A stretch of DNA of 63,647 nucleotides, counting the filler, from Reclinomonas americana ATCC 50394 (Eukaryota), in assembly GCA_048213135.1 (NCBI GenBank). It is 14 parts of 14 records of this genome, joined end to end, with 100 filler letters (N's around TTAATTAATTAA, not from the genome) between each part and the next. Parts side by side here need not be neighbours in the genome. Positions count along the whole stretch, not along the records: positions 1 to 5,066 come from AFZH01017972.1; positions 5,167 to 13,938 come from AFZH01017974.1; positions 14,039 to 22,203 come from AFZH01017975.1; 11 more parts are not named here. One strand, given 5' to 3'. Below are positions 1-14,044 of this stretch, piece after piece. The notes beneath the pieces are model-generated. The model was given only the letters and a program-made list of their open reading frames with translations. It was not told the DNA's origin and did not search any database. The translations under genes and the position numbers were made by a program. Position 1 is the first letter of the stretch. Every line of letters begins with the position of its first letter.

Positions 1-3000
1 AAATAACTGCGTGGTGGAGAGGCCAGTGGCGTCGGTCACTCGCACAGTGACTGGCACATTGGTACCAGTGGAGCCAGCCGAGAGCCACATCAACTGATTG
101 CCCCCGACAACACCAAAGATGCCGCTGCCAGTCACCACGCTGAATGTGAATGCCGTATCGAGCTCACACATTGGGGTCGATGGCGGACAAGGTGCCAATT
201 ACTTGATTTGGCACCACCGTCGGCGGCACATACGAGGTCGAGCTCAACAGCACGCCGGTCGGTGGCACGGGCACATCCGTGATGACAAACACTTGGTCGA
301 CGGAGGCAGATGCTGAATCCGTAGCTCGCACCATGATAGAGAGATTCGTGCCAGTGAGTCCCGCCGACGTAATTCGCAGTTGGTCGCCACTAATGCTGAA
401 GAGGGAACCGGAGCCACCCGGCAGGATCGTGTACGTCACCGTCTGACAGCAGTTGGCGTCGACAGCCGACAGTGTGCCAACCACGGTGTTGGCAGCTGCC
501 GAAGGTGGCGCATACGTCGCCGGTGACAACGAGATGCTCGACGGTGCCACGTTGACTGCAACAACAACGTGAGCAACGGGTGCGCAAGGATGGCGGGGAG
601 CAGCACATCGCATGCGCACCTTCGTTGAGGAAGAAAGTGGTGTCTTGTGAGCCGCCGTTGCCGTCACTCACGCGAACAGTGATGATGAGGTTCTGCAACA
701 ATCCACGTGAGCAAGGGTCACACACTCTCTGGCAGCCGCGTGAATATATACACACCATGCCGCTCAGCACCAGAGTCTGCACGCGCAGCTCGTTACCAGC
801 AACACCACCAATCTGCACATAGCACACAATCAGAGTCGTGCGATACGAACACAGCGAATGACAGACAGAGCGCAACGTAGAACTTGGAGTCGTCGTCATT
901 GCCAATGAGAGTGTACGACAGACTCTGACAGCAGTTGGCATCGATGGCCGACAACACTCCAATCAAAGCATTCTGCAAACTACGTGGAGCATAGAATGTT
1001 GTCGACAGCGCCAGGTTTGCTGGTGGCACGTTGGCTGCAGAACAAATACACTCAGTGGATAGCAGGCGCGTGGATTCACGTGCAATTAACGGTACCTTCG
1101 TTGATGCTGTACGCGGAGAGAGAGAGAGACACGGAGACGCACGTTGAGAAACAAAAGTTAGATGCAAGAATCAAAATGAGAACCAGCAATCTCCGCGACA
1201 GCACACGCACGTAAATGTTGTCTGCAGAGTTCCACCACGACCATCGGATACTTCAATGCGGATACGCAGGTTGTTGCCAGTCTGCCCCGCCAGTGCCAGC
1301 GACAGCGTCGACCCGCTGAGCACAAACAGCGACTCGTTGAAGCCGGCGACAACCGTGTACGTGTATGAGCCCAGCGTGTTGGCGTCGACGGTAGAGAGCG
1401 AGCCCACCACCACTCCATGGCCAGCGGTGAGAGTTGGCGGCACATATGTGTTGGAGCTTAGCACCAATGCCGATGGCGGCACGTTCACTGTGCGTACGGA
1501 CGAGTGAGATGACATTAAACAGGCATGATCGACAGAGATCCGAGACCTTCAGTGATGGTGAACAGCTTGCGGACCCAGGCACCGGCCGCGTCGGTCGACT
1601 GTACTTCGACCTGCAGTGGATCACCACGAGAGTTTGCGGCGCTCAGTCGTAGTTGTGTGCCGTTGATGTTGAACATGGCAGAGTGCGGGCCGCCAGAGAT
1701 TGCTGCATTGACATTGACAAGATCACGATCATGTCAGTCTCAATCAGAGATGGTAATCCCCACACAACTGCAATCTATGCACGCAACAGTACGTGAATGT
1801 GTCGCCCGTGTTGGCATCCAACGAGGTGAAGAAGCCCACCACGACATTCGCGCTCGAGGTCGGCGGAGTGTACGTTGTGCCCCACAAAATAATGTCGCTT
1901 GGTGCCACGTTGACTGCAGTCGACAAGTCACCCATCAGTCAGTAAGGCATACTTTGCAATATACGAGCTCGTCGGTCATTTCCGCAGCACACACACACAC
2001 ACCTTCGTTGACAGTAAATGTGCGGTCCAGCGAGGAGAATCCATCAGAGACACGAATGGTGACCAGCAATCCAGTGCCCGACAAGCCACCGGGAACGTTG
2101 GCAAGCAAGTCGGTGCCGGAGACCGCAAACAGACCCTGGTTTGCGCCTCCAACACTGCATGATAGAGGGGATCAGCAGGCAGGCACACGAGAAGGTAAGC
2201 AGTAAAGAAAACACCGCTGGTCGTTGCGCAACATGGAATACGTGTGTGACTGACAACAGTTGGCGTCGATCACAAACAGAGAGCCAATAACTGATCCCTG
2301 TGCCGCTGGCGGCACGTACGTGGATGGCGACAAGAGAAGATCACTCGGTGGCACATTAGCTGCGCAATAAAAAAATGAACCACACGCGCAGCAGATGTGC
2401 TAACCCACCGCCGGCAACACCAACCTTCAGTGATGGTCAGTGTCTGGTTGACAGAGCCGCCAGCGCCGTCGTCGGCGTGCACAATCACAGTGAGAGGCGA
2501 CGTGTTGAGAGTGGCAGCTGCGACCACAAGCTGGTCTCCCGACACGGAGAACTTGCTGGCATCATGATCAGGTCCACCAACACTGACAAAGAAGACTTTG
2601 GGTGAGAACGAGATCGCAGGACGCGCCAGCTCAACGGTGAACGCACATGGAATAGGTGAACGATTGACAGCAATTGGCATCCACAGCCGCCAGCGTGCCA
2701 ACGACCGTGCCCAACGGTGACGGCGGTGTGTATGTCATTGACGACAAGGTCACCGCCGTCGGTGCCACATTGGCCTCGTCCAGCACAAATGTCTGGTCTC
2801 GAACACCGCCTGCACCGTCATCGACACGCACAACAATGCTCAGACTGTTGCCGGTGAGCGGGCCGCCACTGCTGTCAACCACCAGTTGGTTCCCGGAGAT
2901 GCTGAATCGAGACGCAGCAGCGCCACCAACAATCGAGTACGTCATGCTCTGACAGCAGTTCGCGTCTCTGTGGTGGCGTGCAGAGTGAGGATTTCACGAA

Positions 3001-4985
3001 CCCCTGATGGACCAGGAGCAAACGTAAGTGCAAACGCACGTGGTCGAGAGCGTGGCAACGACGGTGCCAACGGGTGCGGGTACCGGCGAGTACGTGGTGG
3101 TAGAGAGTGCCAGTGCGGATGGAGGCACATTGGCTATCGAGAGACTCGATGAGCGACACAGGCACAAGAAGGTAGAGAAGCACATGCACGCACCTTCGTT
3201 GACGGTAAACGTCTTGTCAAAGTGCGCGCCGGACGGATCACCGACTCGGACGGTGACTTGCAGATTGTTGCCCTGCTGGCCTGCGTTGCGGAGTACCAAC
3301 TGCGAGCCGACAATGTCGAAGAGAGCACTATTCGCACCACCGACGATCGACAGTGACAGTGCGTCGTTGGCATTGCCGTCGACTCCAGTGAGTGTGCCCA
3401 CCACCGTATTGGCAGCGGGTGTGGGCGGTGCGTAGGTCAAGGAGGATAAAAGTACGTCGGTTGGGGCCACGGGTACTGCAAGCGACCGAGAGAGTGAGCA
3501 TCGACACTCTCTGCAAACACCAAATATCGTCACTCACCGTCGTTGATGGTAAAGAACTTGGCCAGCGTTTGTCCACTGGCATTGGTTGACAGCACCTGCA
3601 CTTGCAGACCGGTGCCCCGCTGTCCCGCAGCTCGAATTACCAGTTGATCTCCAATGACCGAGAAGACAGCAGCATCGGTCCCGCCCACCACGGCGTAGGT
3701 GTACGGTGAAGAGGAAGATGTGTCGGTTGTGGAGAGCGTGCCAACCACCGTATTTGCGGTCGAGGTCGGTGGCGTGTAGGTGGTCGAGGATAGAGCCATG
3801 TCCACGGGGCCAACTGCGGAGTGTGAGAAATCAGCAAAGAGAAACCTCAAACCATGGAAAAAGACAACGCACTTGATGTGATAGTGAATGTGGCCTGTGA
3901 CGATCCACCGGCACCGTCGCTTACCGTCACGACGACTTGCAGACACCAGACCCGCGACACTGGAGCGCAGAGTGGTTCCATTGATCTCAAACGACGCCTG
4001 ATCGGCACCGCCAGTGATGGAGAACGACAGGGTCTGGCCCGTGTTCACGTCGGTCGCCGACAGCGTGCCAATAGCTCCATGGAGAGCGAGAGGCGGCTGG
4101 TACACCAGGGTCGACAGCACCGGCGACAACGGCGACACATTGGCTGCACACGGACGGCGTGAGTAACTCAAGAAAGACATGTTCTGCGAGTGTATGTGTG
4201 TGTGAATGCACACCTTCGCTGATGACAAATGAACTTGTGGTTGAGCCACCGGCGCCGTCGCTGACCGTCACTGTCACTTGCAGGCCGTTGCCAGTTAGAC
4301 CGTCACATTGGCACGGAGACTGTTGCCGCTAATGTTGAACATGGACTGATTGGCGCCTCCGGTGACGGCGTACGTCAGCGTCTGGCCCGTGTTCACGTCG
4401 CTTGACGAGAGCAGGCCGATGAGACCGTTGAGTGCCAGCGGAGGAATGTAGGCGTTGGTCGAGAGGGTGGGAGCAGTTGGAGGCACATTGGCTGCGATTC
4501 ACGTGAGTATGGCAAACATGATACACACAATGGCAATGCGAATCGATATCACCTTCGTTGATGAGGAAAGTGCTTGAGTTGCTGCCTCCTGCGCCGTCGG
4601 AGACGGTGACCGTGACTTGCAGGCCGCTGCCGGTGAGGCCTGCGACATGTACAGCAGAGACAAGATCGGAGCCGGCGAGAGAGAAGGAGGCCTGCGCGGT
4701 ACCGCCGGTGATGGTGAACGACAGCGTCTGGCGGGTATTCACGTCGGTGGCGGCGAGTGTGCCAATGGCGGCTACAAGGGCCAGCGGGGGGACATACGTG
4801 CTGGTGGACAGCACTGGTGCAGTCGGTATCACATTGCCTGTGGACAAAGAAGCACAAATGTGAACCCTGCAAGCCACGAAACATTAAATGCAGTTCACGC
4901 AACTCTCGTTGATGATGAATGTAGATGAGCGCGAGCCACCGGCTCCGTCCGACACAGTGACCTCCACTTGAAGACCGCGCTGACG
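1..4985 (-). CDS. Multi-exon cadherin-like repeat surface protein (partial at both ends; at least 3 frameshifts, possible pseudogene)
   Basis: Roughly a dozen ~95-aa repeats ANVxP..LS.TTY.PP...VVGTLSAxDAN..TYSI.GG...FSISGNQL...VTVRVxDGxGG..TFTINE. GT-AG introns, often phase 1 at repeat borders. Frame breaks near 166, 3945 and 4298. Confidence 0.75.
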
Positions 4986-5066
4986 TAGGTTGGAGGAGAG
5001 ACAGGCAATAAATGCTGGAGAAAGACGAAGAGAGAGACGAGATGAACGGAGGAGAATGCGTGTGCA

Positions 5067-5166
5067 NNNNNNNNNNNNNNNNNNNNNNNNNNNNNNNNNN
5101 NNNNNNNNNNTTAATTAATTAANNNNNNNNNNNNNNNNNNNNNNNNNNNNNNNNNNNNNNNNNNNN
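5067..5166. other. Artificial gap spacer (N-run, TTAATTAATTAA, N-run); 12 more near 13939, 22204, 28362, 36252, 37495, 38874, 44552, 50134, 51625, 57552, 58694, 61340
   Basis: Identical ~100-nt blocks carrying a linker with stops in all six frames. Confidence 0.97.
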
Positions 5167-5499
5167 AAAGAACTAGATGGACGAGAGAGACAGAGAGAGA
5201 TAGAAAATGAGGGGAGGACTGTGGCGCAGTGAGCGAGAGAGAGAGAGAGAGAGTGAGTGAGACAGAGAATACCAGTGATTGACAGGTGATGAGGGACAAG
5301 ATTAAGCGACGAAAGTGAGGAAATGAAGGATGAGTGAGGGGAGGAACAGTTACGGAGAACGGCAACTGCAGTGACGCAGCCAGCAAGAGAGACAGTGAGT
5401 GAAAGAGATGGATGGATGAAAGAGAGAGAGACTGTGGACGACAGTGAGAGTTTTGAATGTGTGTGTGTGATTCTGACCTTTGATGACACGAGCGCGGTC

Positions 5500-8400
5500 G
5501 TTCACAGATGTCGTGCGCCGCTGATCACGGTCGATGTCTAGCTGCAGCGCACGCGACAACAGAGCAGCAGCGAGTCCACCAGCGGCTGTCAAGCGCCTCC
5601 ACTGTGCCCCAGTCCTCAAAGCATTCTCAAACTGTGCTCTCGTTGCTGCCTTCGATGCAACTGCGTGCGAGCGCCCATTGTCGAAGCTCAACATGTCCAT
5701 GTCTCGCATCCGTCGCCGCCGCTGTCGGTGGTGGTGACGAGGCTCGACAATGTAATTGAGTGTTGTCGTGAACATGCGCTGCGAGACCCTGCGTCGCAGG
5801 TCTGGTCCGCGCGACTCCGTCAACTCTGTATTGTGACACGCACACGCAGAATAAGTGGGAGGACGATTAGCTACAAGAGAGACACAGCTGTCACGAGGGC
5901 AAGCAGGCCAGGCTCACCGAAGAAGATGGCGCTTCTGATCAATGTGAGCCCATTCCGCCCTCGGATATGATTGTCAATACCGGCAAGAAGACCAACATTA
6001 CGTCGATTTAGCATGCCTTCTGCGATCGGGTACGAGAATCGTGAGCACACATAGGAGAAGGGCAAGTGCTCCTTATATAATGTAGTCACTCACCACCAAC
6101 GGCTCGCAGTGTCTCTCGTGCTGTCCATGCCTCCATGCAGGAGGTGAAGCAGGTTGCTAACAAGCTCGACCTCTGCCAATACGTCACGCGCTCGGCAAGT
6201 TCCTCCTGGTGTTCTCCAAGGTGTTGGCCACGCAGTTTCGCCCCGCCTGAGCATGGAATGCTCTTGTGCTCCAACATGAGCGAGAATGCGCTGACGCTGT
6301 CTCCCGCCGCCGTGTCACCGAGCAGCAAACGACAGTACACATCCGCATCCACAGTACGCCCATACTTGCGTTCGAACCGCAAAAGCTTGTAAGTGGCCGA
6401 TAGCAATCGACGCATAACGCGATGCGTATCGCTCACAAAGACACTGAGCGACGGCAATCCCAGTGGCATCTGCAGTAAGCGAGCCAGTACGTTGACATCT
6501 GTGGCACCAGCGTCCTCCGCGGCGACCGAGTGGTGTTGCCACAGTCGCCGAATCGCGCAGATGTGGTCTGCATCTGCTGCATCCAGAGCGCGATATCGGT
6601 CGGAGATCTGCTCCAGCCACTCTTGGCCACGCTCGACGATTGCCCGATGAAGATCGTCGAGGTCCACTCTCACTCTTTTGAGAGCCTTCCTGAAAGTCTT
6701 GTGGGCCAGCATTTCATCGGCCGCTGCCGTGAGAAGGATCAGCTCGGCGCAGCGATATATATGAATGCATGCAGTACGCAACTCTCTTGCTCGTGAGCCT
6801 CACCAGTCATCCACGCTGGTGGCTTCCACTCGTTCACGCCGCTCACCACGAATACGTCGGCGTAGAGGGCAGACAAAAATGCGACGACAGTACTACTCCA
6901 GTTGCGCACAAGGAGCGATACAACCTGGTCCCCTGCACGCGTAGCATTCTGCACGCGCAAAGTGCGCTGCTGCTGATCGAGAGAGCCGACTCCGTTGGCC
7001 GCAGAGGCTACCAGCCCTGCAAAACGCTGGAAGGCAGTAACTGCAACGCGCACAAACAACAGTGAGAAGTCTGCGTCGAATAAGAACACATGATATGTAG
7101 TACTAACCCACGGTATCCTGAATGTTGCCCAGTTCGGTGACCTCGCAAGAGAGGGCGCCACACCATCCATTCGCTGACAAAACAAGCGTAATGGACCACA
7201 TCACCGAGCCGAGAACACATTGTATCGCTTCAACAACGGCGGAAATCAGCTGTTGCACCTTCGTCGTCCCCGCAATCTCGCCACGGCCGCCGTCGGCAAG
7301 GGCTTGGCAACACTCGTCCACGCGCTCGAGCAGCAGGAGCACGGTGACTGGGATTATGTCGGTGACGAAGGCCACGTGTTGCTGAAGTGACAAGCACTCA
7401 GGCAGCCGTGACTTGGCGTTGATGCCAATGTGGGGGCCACAGAAATCGACCAAGGTGGCCATTGCCGACCGGAGATCCATGTAAACGTCACTGAATGCAT
7501 TGACACCGTTGGCGTGCATGCGCACTTGACAAACGTCATCACGATCGTGCTGTTGCTGCTGCTGCTGCTGCCAGTCTCCGTCACGCGCAAGACCGAGGAG
7601 ATTGCGGAGACAGTCAGCATTGTATCTGACCTCACTCGCCATCGCAACGCAGGCGTCAACACCACCATCACCGTCATCATCACCTCCGCGCATAATCGAC
7701 CGCAAAGCACGATCCCCATGGTGCATGAGCTGTACGCTTCTCGCATCGAAGAAGTCCAACAACTGAATCAATGCGGTATTGTCACTGCGATGAATGGCGG
7801 CGCCATCTGCATCCATCTCCATCTCCACGTCGACTGCATCAATGCGACGCAGCATCACCATCAATGTCGTCACCTCACGCTGGTGGACGTCAGCAGGCTT
7901 GGCGAGCTTGCCTGCACAGGTGTTTACACGCGCGATTTGAGCCGAGTGAGTACGTGTGTGATGGCACAAAGCCGCAGAGCGAAATGCATCTCACCATGAA
8001 CGATGCCGCACAGCGCATACACCAAGTCCTGCGCGCGCTCCGCCGGCAGCGCGTGGAATGTGCGGGGGCAACACTCGACAAGCAGCCGAGTCGTTGCGGT
8101 GTTCTGCAGGGCGTAGGGGGGAGAGCGACGGCAATCCACCGTGAACACCACTGCTGGTGCCGATGCCGATGCCACAGACGGCGGCGGCAGCGACGGCGCA
8201 GCAGCTGTGGCGGGTGCTGCAGCTGGCGTTGTTGGTGATGCATTCTCCAGGCGGCACTTCAACCATGCCACGACACGCAAGGCTGCCTCGCGCGCTTTCG
8301 ACATCATGTCTGCCAATAACACGTCCAGAGACATCTTGTCATCGACGAGAGACTGTCGAAGGTCGCGTGCTCTGTCGCGTGCCAACTTCATCACAATCTC

Positions 8401-10228
8401 CTTCCTGCGTGTGCACTCGCAATGAGCACACAAGACATATGGGTTGCAGTGGTCATGGACTCACATGTGGCTTGCATCATCCAGCTGTCCGTCCTGATCG
8501 TCGAGCTTGAGCTCGTCGACAATGTCAGACAATGTGTCTGCGGCAGTGCTGCGGCTGCTATGATCGCAGTTGCCGACATTATCCAGCGCAGTCAGAGCAG
8601 CAGAATGCATTGCAACCGTGCGCAGTGCCCGGTGGTACTGCAGTTTCAGAGCGGACAATGCCATGAATTCACGCATCGCCGCCGCTGGGTTGAATCAAAA
8701 TGAGTTCCTACTGTGGACAATCACATGCGAGCACAAACACACCACAGTACCTTGCCGGCTCCGCTCTCGCTTAACCTTTGATGCCAAGTTGCCGTTCTTC
8801 TCGCCTTCCTCCTGCTCCTCCTCCTCCTCACCATCATCCTCCTGTACTGCGTCTGCTCCATCTGGGAGGGGAATGCCGTCAACGAGCGCCTCCTCCTCCT
8901 CCTCCTCCTCCTCCTCCTCCTCCTCCTCCTCCTCCTCCGCCTCCTCAACCACTTCCGGCCAGCGAGACACGGGTGTCGATTGCAGCAAGTGCTCCGCGCC
9001 ATCGACGAATGCACCAAGCATCTCCAATGTCAGTCCACTGCCAGCGCCGATGCTGATGCCGCCTGCTCCGAGTCGATCAACGCCTCTGACATGCACGACG
9101 TGGCGCAGTACACGTCGCGCAACAGGCCGAATAGTCTTGTGCCAGTCGATGTGTTTCGTTGGCTCACCGTCGAGCTTGACCGGTGCGGAGACATCATCAG
9201 TGATGATTGTTGCAAGGCTGTCCATGAACGTGGCCAGGCGACTCAGAAGCGGTCGGCATTCCACCCCGATCAGAGAAACGGAAATAGCAGCTGGTGGCCG
9301 CTTCACGGCCTGCACTGCTGCAGGTGCTGTGTGATTCATCGGTGAGACTCGCTCGCTGGCAGCGTCACGCAAAAATGGACAAGAACGGATGCACTCACCA
9401 GCCGTGTCACGCGAGCTTTCAGCATGTGCAGCACGTTGAGCAGGCGCAGCTGGAGCGATTGGGCCTGTGGCCGGCACCGCAACTGACGCTCGATAACACT
9501 CGCGGAGGCAACTGATCACAGAAAAGACTGATTTCCATGCGCTCTCTGCATAAACCGCCAACAGTGAGTGAGCCAGAATAGCAGAGTGGCTGCCGCTACT
9601 ACCGTCTCTACTCGTACACTTACCCAGAGCGTCGTAAATTCTGCCTTGCCTGGCCGCGATCTCACAGAATCGCAGACGGGTGATTTCAAATGTCTCTTGC
9701 ACATAGAGATCGACTTGGCCAGTGGTACGACGGCTGTCGTGGCGGGCACGGCCACCCTGCATGCGCAGCTGGCCCTGCGTCCGCTGCCAATCAGATAGCA
9801 GTTTTTTCGAATGTCCATCCTGATCCAGTTCTGCAGTTCGCAAAACAAAATTGAACACAAAATCAGTGCACAAGACAGGCCTGTTGAAAGCGTTCATCGC
9901 CTGCCTGCGCCACTCACCGTTCTGCAGACGGTACTGGTCGACGAAGGCTGCAATGAAATCGTCTATAGCACCCGCAGCGGCAGTAGCGGCAAGTTGCAGA
10001 TTGTGCTTCTGGAGTTGCTGCTGACTCAGTGTGATGTGGCGAAACATGCCAGTGGGGCCGAATGCCTCATTCATGTCGTACTCCTGCCTCAGCGCGAATA
10101 GCAAGCAAAGTGCATTGCCGGCAGCATCGCAATGTTTGTTATAGAGAGCGGCTGATGATGATGATGACAGCGCAGAGTGCGAAAGATGCAGACAAAGAAC
10201 AACCCCCCGCCACAAAAAGGAAACAGAC

Positions 10229-10261
<33 letters not shown>

Positions 10262-10426
10262 GGAAGGAAAGGGAAGGAAGATCGAAGACGAGAAGAAGTG
10301 GGGGAGGACGGAGGAGGAGGAGACCAAGAAAAGAAACACATGTACAACGGTAACAGCGAGCGGGAGGTGATTCGAATAACAAAAAACAGAGAAAGCAGGA
10401 GAAGACACATGTTGACATGTGACAAC

Positions 10427-10483
<57 letters not shown>

Positions 10484-13400
10484 GAAGCGTGAAAAGCAGA
10501 GCACAACAACGACGACGACGAACGACAACAACGTTAACGACAACAAGAAGAAGACAAAGCATAAGAAAAATAGAAAGAGGAGCAACAAACAGCAACAAAT
10601 GCAAGAAGCACACGACACAACAACACAACAAACAAACAAACAAACAACACGTCATGTCGACATGTCAGAATGTATGTAACAACGCTCTTCGAGATTCGCG
10701 TGAACTCACTTTGCTCGACAGCAGTGGCTGCCGGTGGCGCAGGAGGCGGCAACTCATCCAACACATCGAAATGCCCTATACAGTGTGCCCGACGAGTACA
10801 GACGTCGCGACAGCAGCTTTGTTAGCCCCACGACCGATCGACAATCATGATATCAGTTCAAGTCACCCACCGGAAGCCCGTAGCACTTGTGCGACCTCTT
10901 CGCACACGCGTGCCGTGTCGACCTCGGTCCACGCCGCATCGTTTGTCATAGCTGCCTTCACTCTCCGAGCGACAGCTATATCAAATTGCTGGAGACAGCG
11001 TTTTGCCGCTGCCCACGGTGATGGAACTGCATGCATGGTCAGGTAATGGCGTGGTAATATCCTTTCACAACGCACTCACTCACCTCGCGGTTTGTTGCCA
11101 CCACCAGCGCCAGCAGCAGCCGTCGCTTCTCCGGCTGTTGTGCGAGTCTGCGGCACAACGGTCAAATTAACTTGAGGACACAAGTACTGACAAGAAGATA
11201 ACCGTCATCTCACCGGCACCGCAGCCGCCGCAGGTTCTGCGGATGCAGGAGGAGCGGCTGCTGTTTCAGGCAGCTGAGGTGTACGTGTCTGCGAACTGGC
11301 TTCTCCAGCTTGCTGTACGTCAGTGAATACATGAATTAGCGAGTGTGGTGCACCGGTGAGAGAGAAGCTTGACCTGATCACGCACCGTGTACAACAGCAT
11401 CTCCTCATCAAGCTCAGCCACCGCCACGCTGGACGCCTTATCCGCGTCCACCTCCTGAAACAAAACGTACACGCAAATTGCACAGCTATTGAGTTCGTAG
11501 CATGCAGGAAGAGAAGGAGAGGTGGTGCCGAGAATGGGAGAAAAAAGAAAGGAGTTTGAGAATGGTGAACGACTAGATACAATGTGAGCGAGGAATCAAG
11601 GTGATTGAAGAGAGGAGGGTGGTGACGTGATTTTTTGACAATCAACGAGCTGTCACAGCACTGAAAACAAACCAGAGACTGATGCTGAGTAAGAAAATGC
11701 ACGAGAATGAGGAAGTGGGCGAAGAGAGGGAACGGACGATCTGGCGAGAACGATGAGAACGAGAAAAAGGGAGATGGAGAGTGAGGGCAGGAGAGGAACG
11801 ACGGAGGGCACACACACCATTGTGTCGAGTTGTGCAGCAGCAGATTCCAAGCGGCGACGCTTGGTGGCCGGAGACTGGTCACCGTCACCGTCACTGTCGT
11901 CGCCGTCCTCGACTGGTTGCACGTCGACTGGTTGCACGTCGGCTGCGGCTGCAGGTGGGGGCTCGAGTGCGCGCTTGGCGTACACAACCTTGGGGGCCAT
12001 GAGCGCCAAGAAATCGGCTTTCTTCTTTGCCAGCGATGTTGTCGTGGAAACAAACAAACACATCGTCTGTGAACGAGCAACACGAACGTCAGCTGTGTGG
12101 AATGTGATCACACTGCCGTCGTACTCTTCTTTTCCTTCTCACTGTCCTCCTCCTCTCCCCCCTCTTCTGAGTACACGCACCATCATTGTTTCCACCAGAT
12201 GTGCGATTGAGGAGTCAGTCACGTAGATCCTGTTGGTCACGGTGATGGAACCCTTGGTCGACTGGTCGGGGTCACCGGCGTGCTCTTCGCCGTGCGTCTC
12301 ACGGTTCTTGTGATGCAGTTTGTTGATGACTGCCTTGAGGCGACGTGTTGATCGCGTGTGTTGAGACGACGTCACATCGACGCTGTATGTGCGTCGCAGG
12401 AGTCAGCCACCGCACAAAATAAGAAAGGAAGCAAGCAAAACAAACCTGAGTCTGAATAGGGTACCCACATCTACATCAGCGAGAGCATGAGCACCTGCGT
12501 CCACGCCTGCCGCCGCAGCTTCCAGTCGCCGGGAGATGGCGGTGCCACTCGCTCCAAATCGGAATGAAACAAAGTATTCCGAATCGCCGTGGATGAGGAG
12601 TTGGTGCGCTGGAGAACCGACAGCGACATTGTAATCCAGTTGGTTGGGGAACAAGCTACATAGATGTATGTACGCAGAAAGATGTGGGCAAATCATGAGC
12701 TGTGTGGAATTCGAACACACCACGGAGAAAAAATACTCACACAATGCTCTTCTTGTCCTTTGATTCTCCGACAAAACCAGCGGGAACAGTTACCACAAAC
12801 TGTAGGGTCTCCCCGCACGCCCAAGTAAAGGGGGAGCCCATGTGCAACGTTCCCGCACTGTCAGAACAGTGAGAACATGGACCGCTGGATAGGGAGACAG
12901 AACGTACCGTTTCCGCGTCTTGGCTGCTCCCTGGGCAGCAGCTTTCGCAGCCGACAGTCGTTGCGTCAACAGCTCGACGGCTCTGGTGACGTCAAAACAA
13001 AAGGCATCAAGTGCGGACAACGGTGCACTGTTCGCAGTGGAGCTGTGCATCACATAAAAATGCAGGAAGGTGAGCAAATCACTTCGACAAGCAAACGCCG
13101 GCTGGCAAACTACATACGCACCGATGAGGGCGGCCGTTGGCATTAGTTGCAGTGTCGCGCTCCGAGGCGGTGAAGACAATCTCGTACTTGGTGTCCTTCC
13201 CAGTGTCTGAAAATATCAATGCGTCCATCACAAAGTTGAGAATTGCACTCGCGGGGCAAGAGAGTATGAGAGCATGGAAAGTGGAGTTGCGAATCGCATT
13301 GATAATTAGCGAGAACCCGTGCCGCTTGCCGTCGGCGGCCGTGGTCAGGTAACGCGCGACAGCCGCACCGGCGAACACATTGTTCTCCGTGCAGGGGCTG
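5500..13400 (-). CDS. One or more multi-exon orphan genes, no recognisable domain
   Basis: Chain of long minus-strand ORFs (6086-6781, 7103-7969, 8695-~10150, ~11815-12111, ~13100-13400) bounded by plausible GTGCG/GTGAG/GTGTG donors and YAG acceptors. Exon structure is not resolved. Confidence 0.4.
8889..8938. repeat. (CCT)n microsatellite, encodes poly-Glu on the minus strand
   Basis: Direct reading. Confidence 0.9.
10227..10481. repeat. (CAA)n microsatellites (~10230-10260 and ~10425-10481)
   Basis: Direct reading; these explain the spurious poly-Q/T/N/V/L/C ORFs. Confidence 0.9.
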
Positions 13401-13463
13401 ACGACGAGCTGGGGAGAGGGAGGAGAAGACACACGAAAAGAAACGCAATAAGAAACAATGACG

Positions 13464-13607
13464 GTGACACAGGGAAAGAAGAGGAACACGAGAAGGGGCG
13501 ATTGAGCGGCGCACGAGAGGAGGAGGGGAGACGAGGAGGGCAGACAGTAGGAGGGTATGACAAGGTGATACAGGGAAAGAAGAGGAACACGAGAAGGGGC
13601 GATTGAG
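13464..13607. repeat. ~43-bp direct repeat, two copies ~100 bp apart
   Basis: gtgaYacagggaaagaagaggaacacgagaaggggcgattgag occurs twice. Confidence 0.8.
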
Positions 13608-14044
13608 AAGGAGACATGAAGAGAAACCTTTAGAACGCACGATGGAGGGCACATGAGAAGGAGAGAGAGATGACAAAGCGTGAGTGAAAGAAAAAAGAGA
13701 GAGAAGGAAAGAATGGAGATGCCAGAGAAATGGAGAGATGAACAACCACGCGCGCCCACGCACTATGCCTCGCTCGTCCACAGTTCCGTGCATGAGCGCC
13801 ACATCCACAAGCCAATCGACGTGCATTCTCAACAAGGCACACACGCCACGAGAACATACGCACCCGTGGTGTGTTTCCACGCGTCGCCACACACGCAGCA
13901 CCGTGTTGTGCCACGCCCGCCAATTTTTCCTCTGCAGANNNNNNNNNNNNNNNNNNNNNNNNNNNNNNNNNNNNNNNNNNNNTTAATTAATTAANNNNNN
14001 NNNNNNNNNNNNNNNNNNNNNNNNNNNNNNNNNNNNNNCTCCAC

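Noticed and set aside
160..4300. Euplotes-like programmed frameshifting or stop-codon recoding
   Set aside because: No common slippery motif, one break has no stop, and other genes read cleanly in the standard code.
5111..5122. Recurrent TTAATTAATTAA palindrome
   Set aside because: Always centred in N-runs; it is an artificial contig linker.
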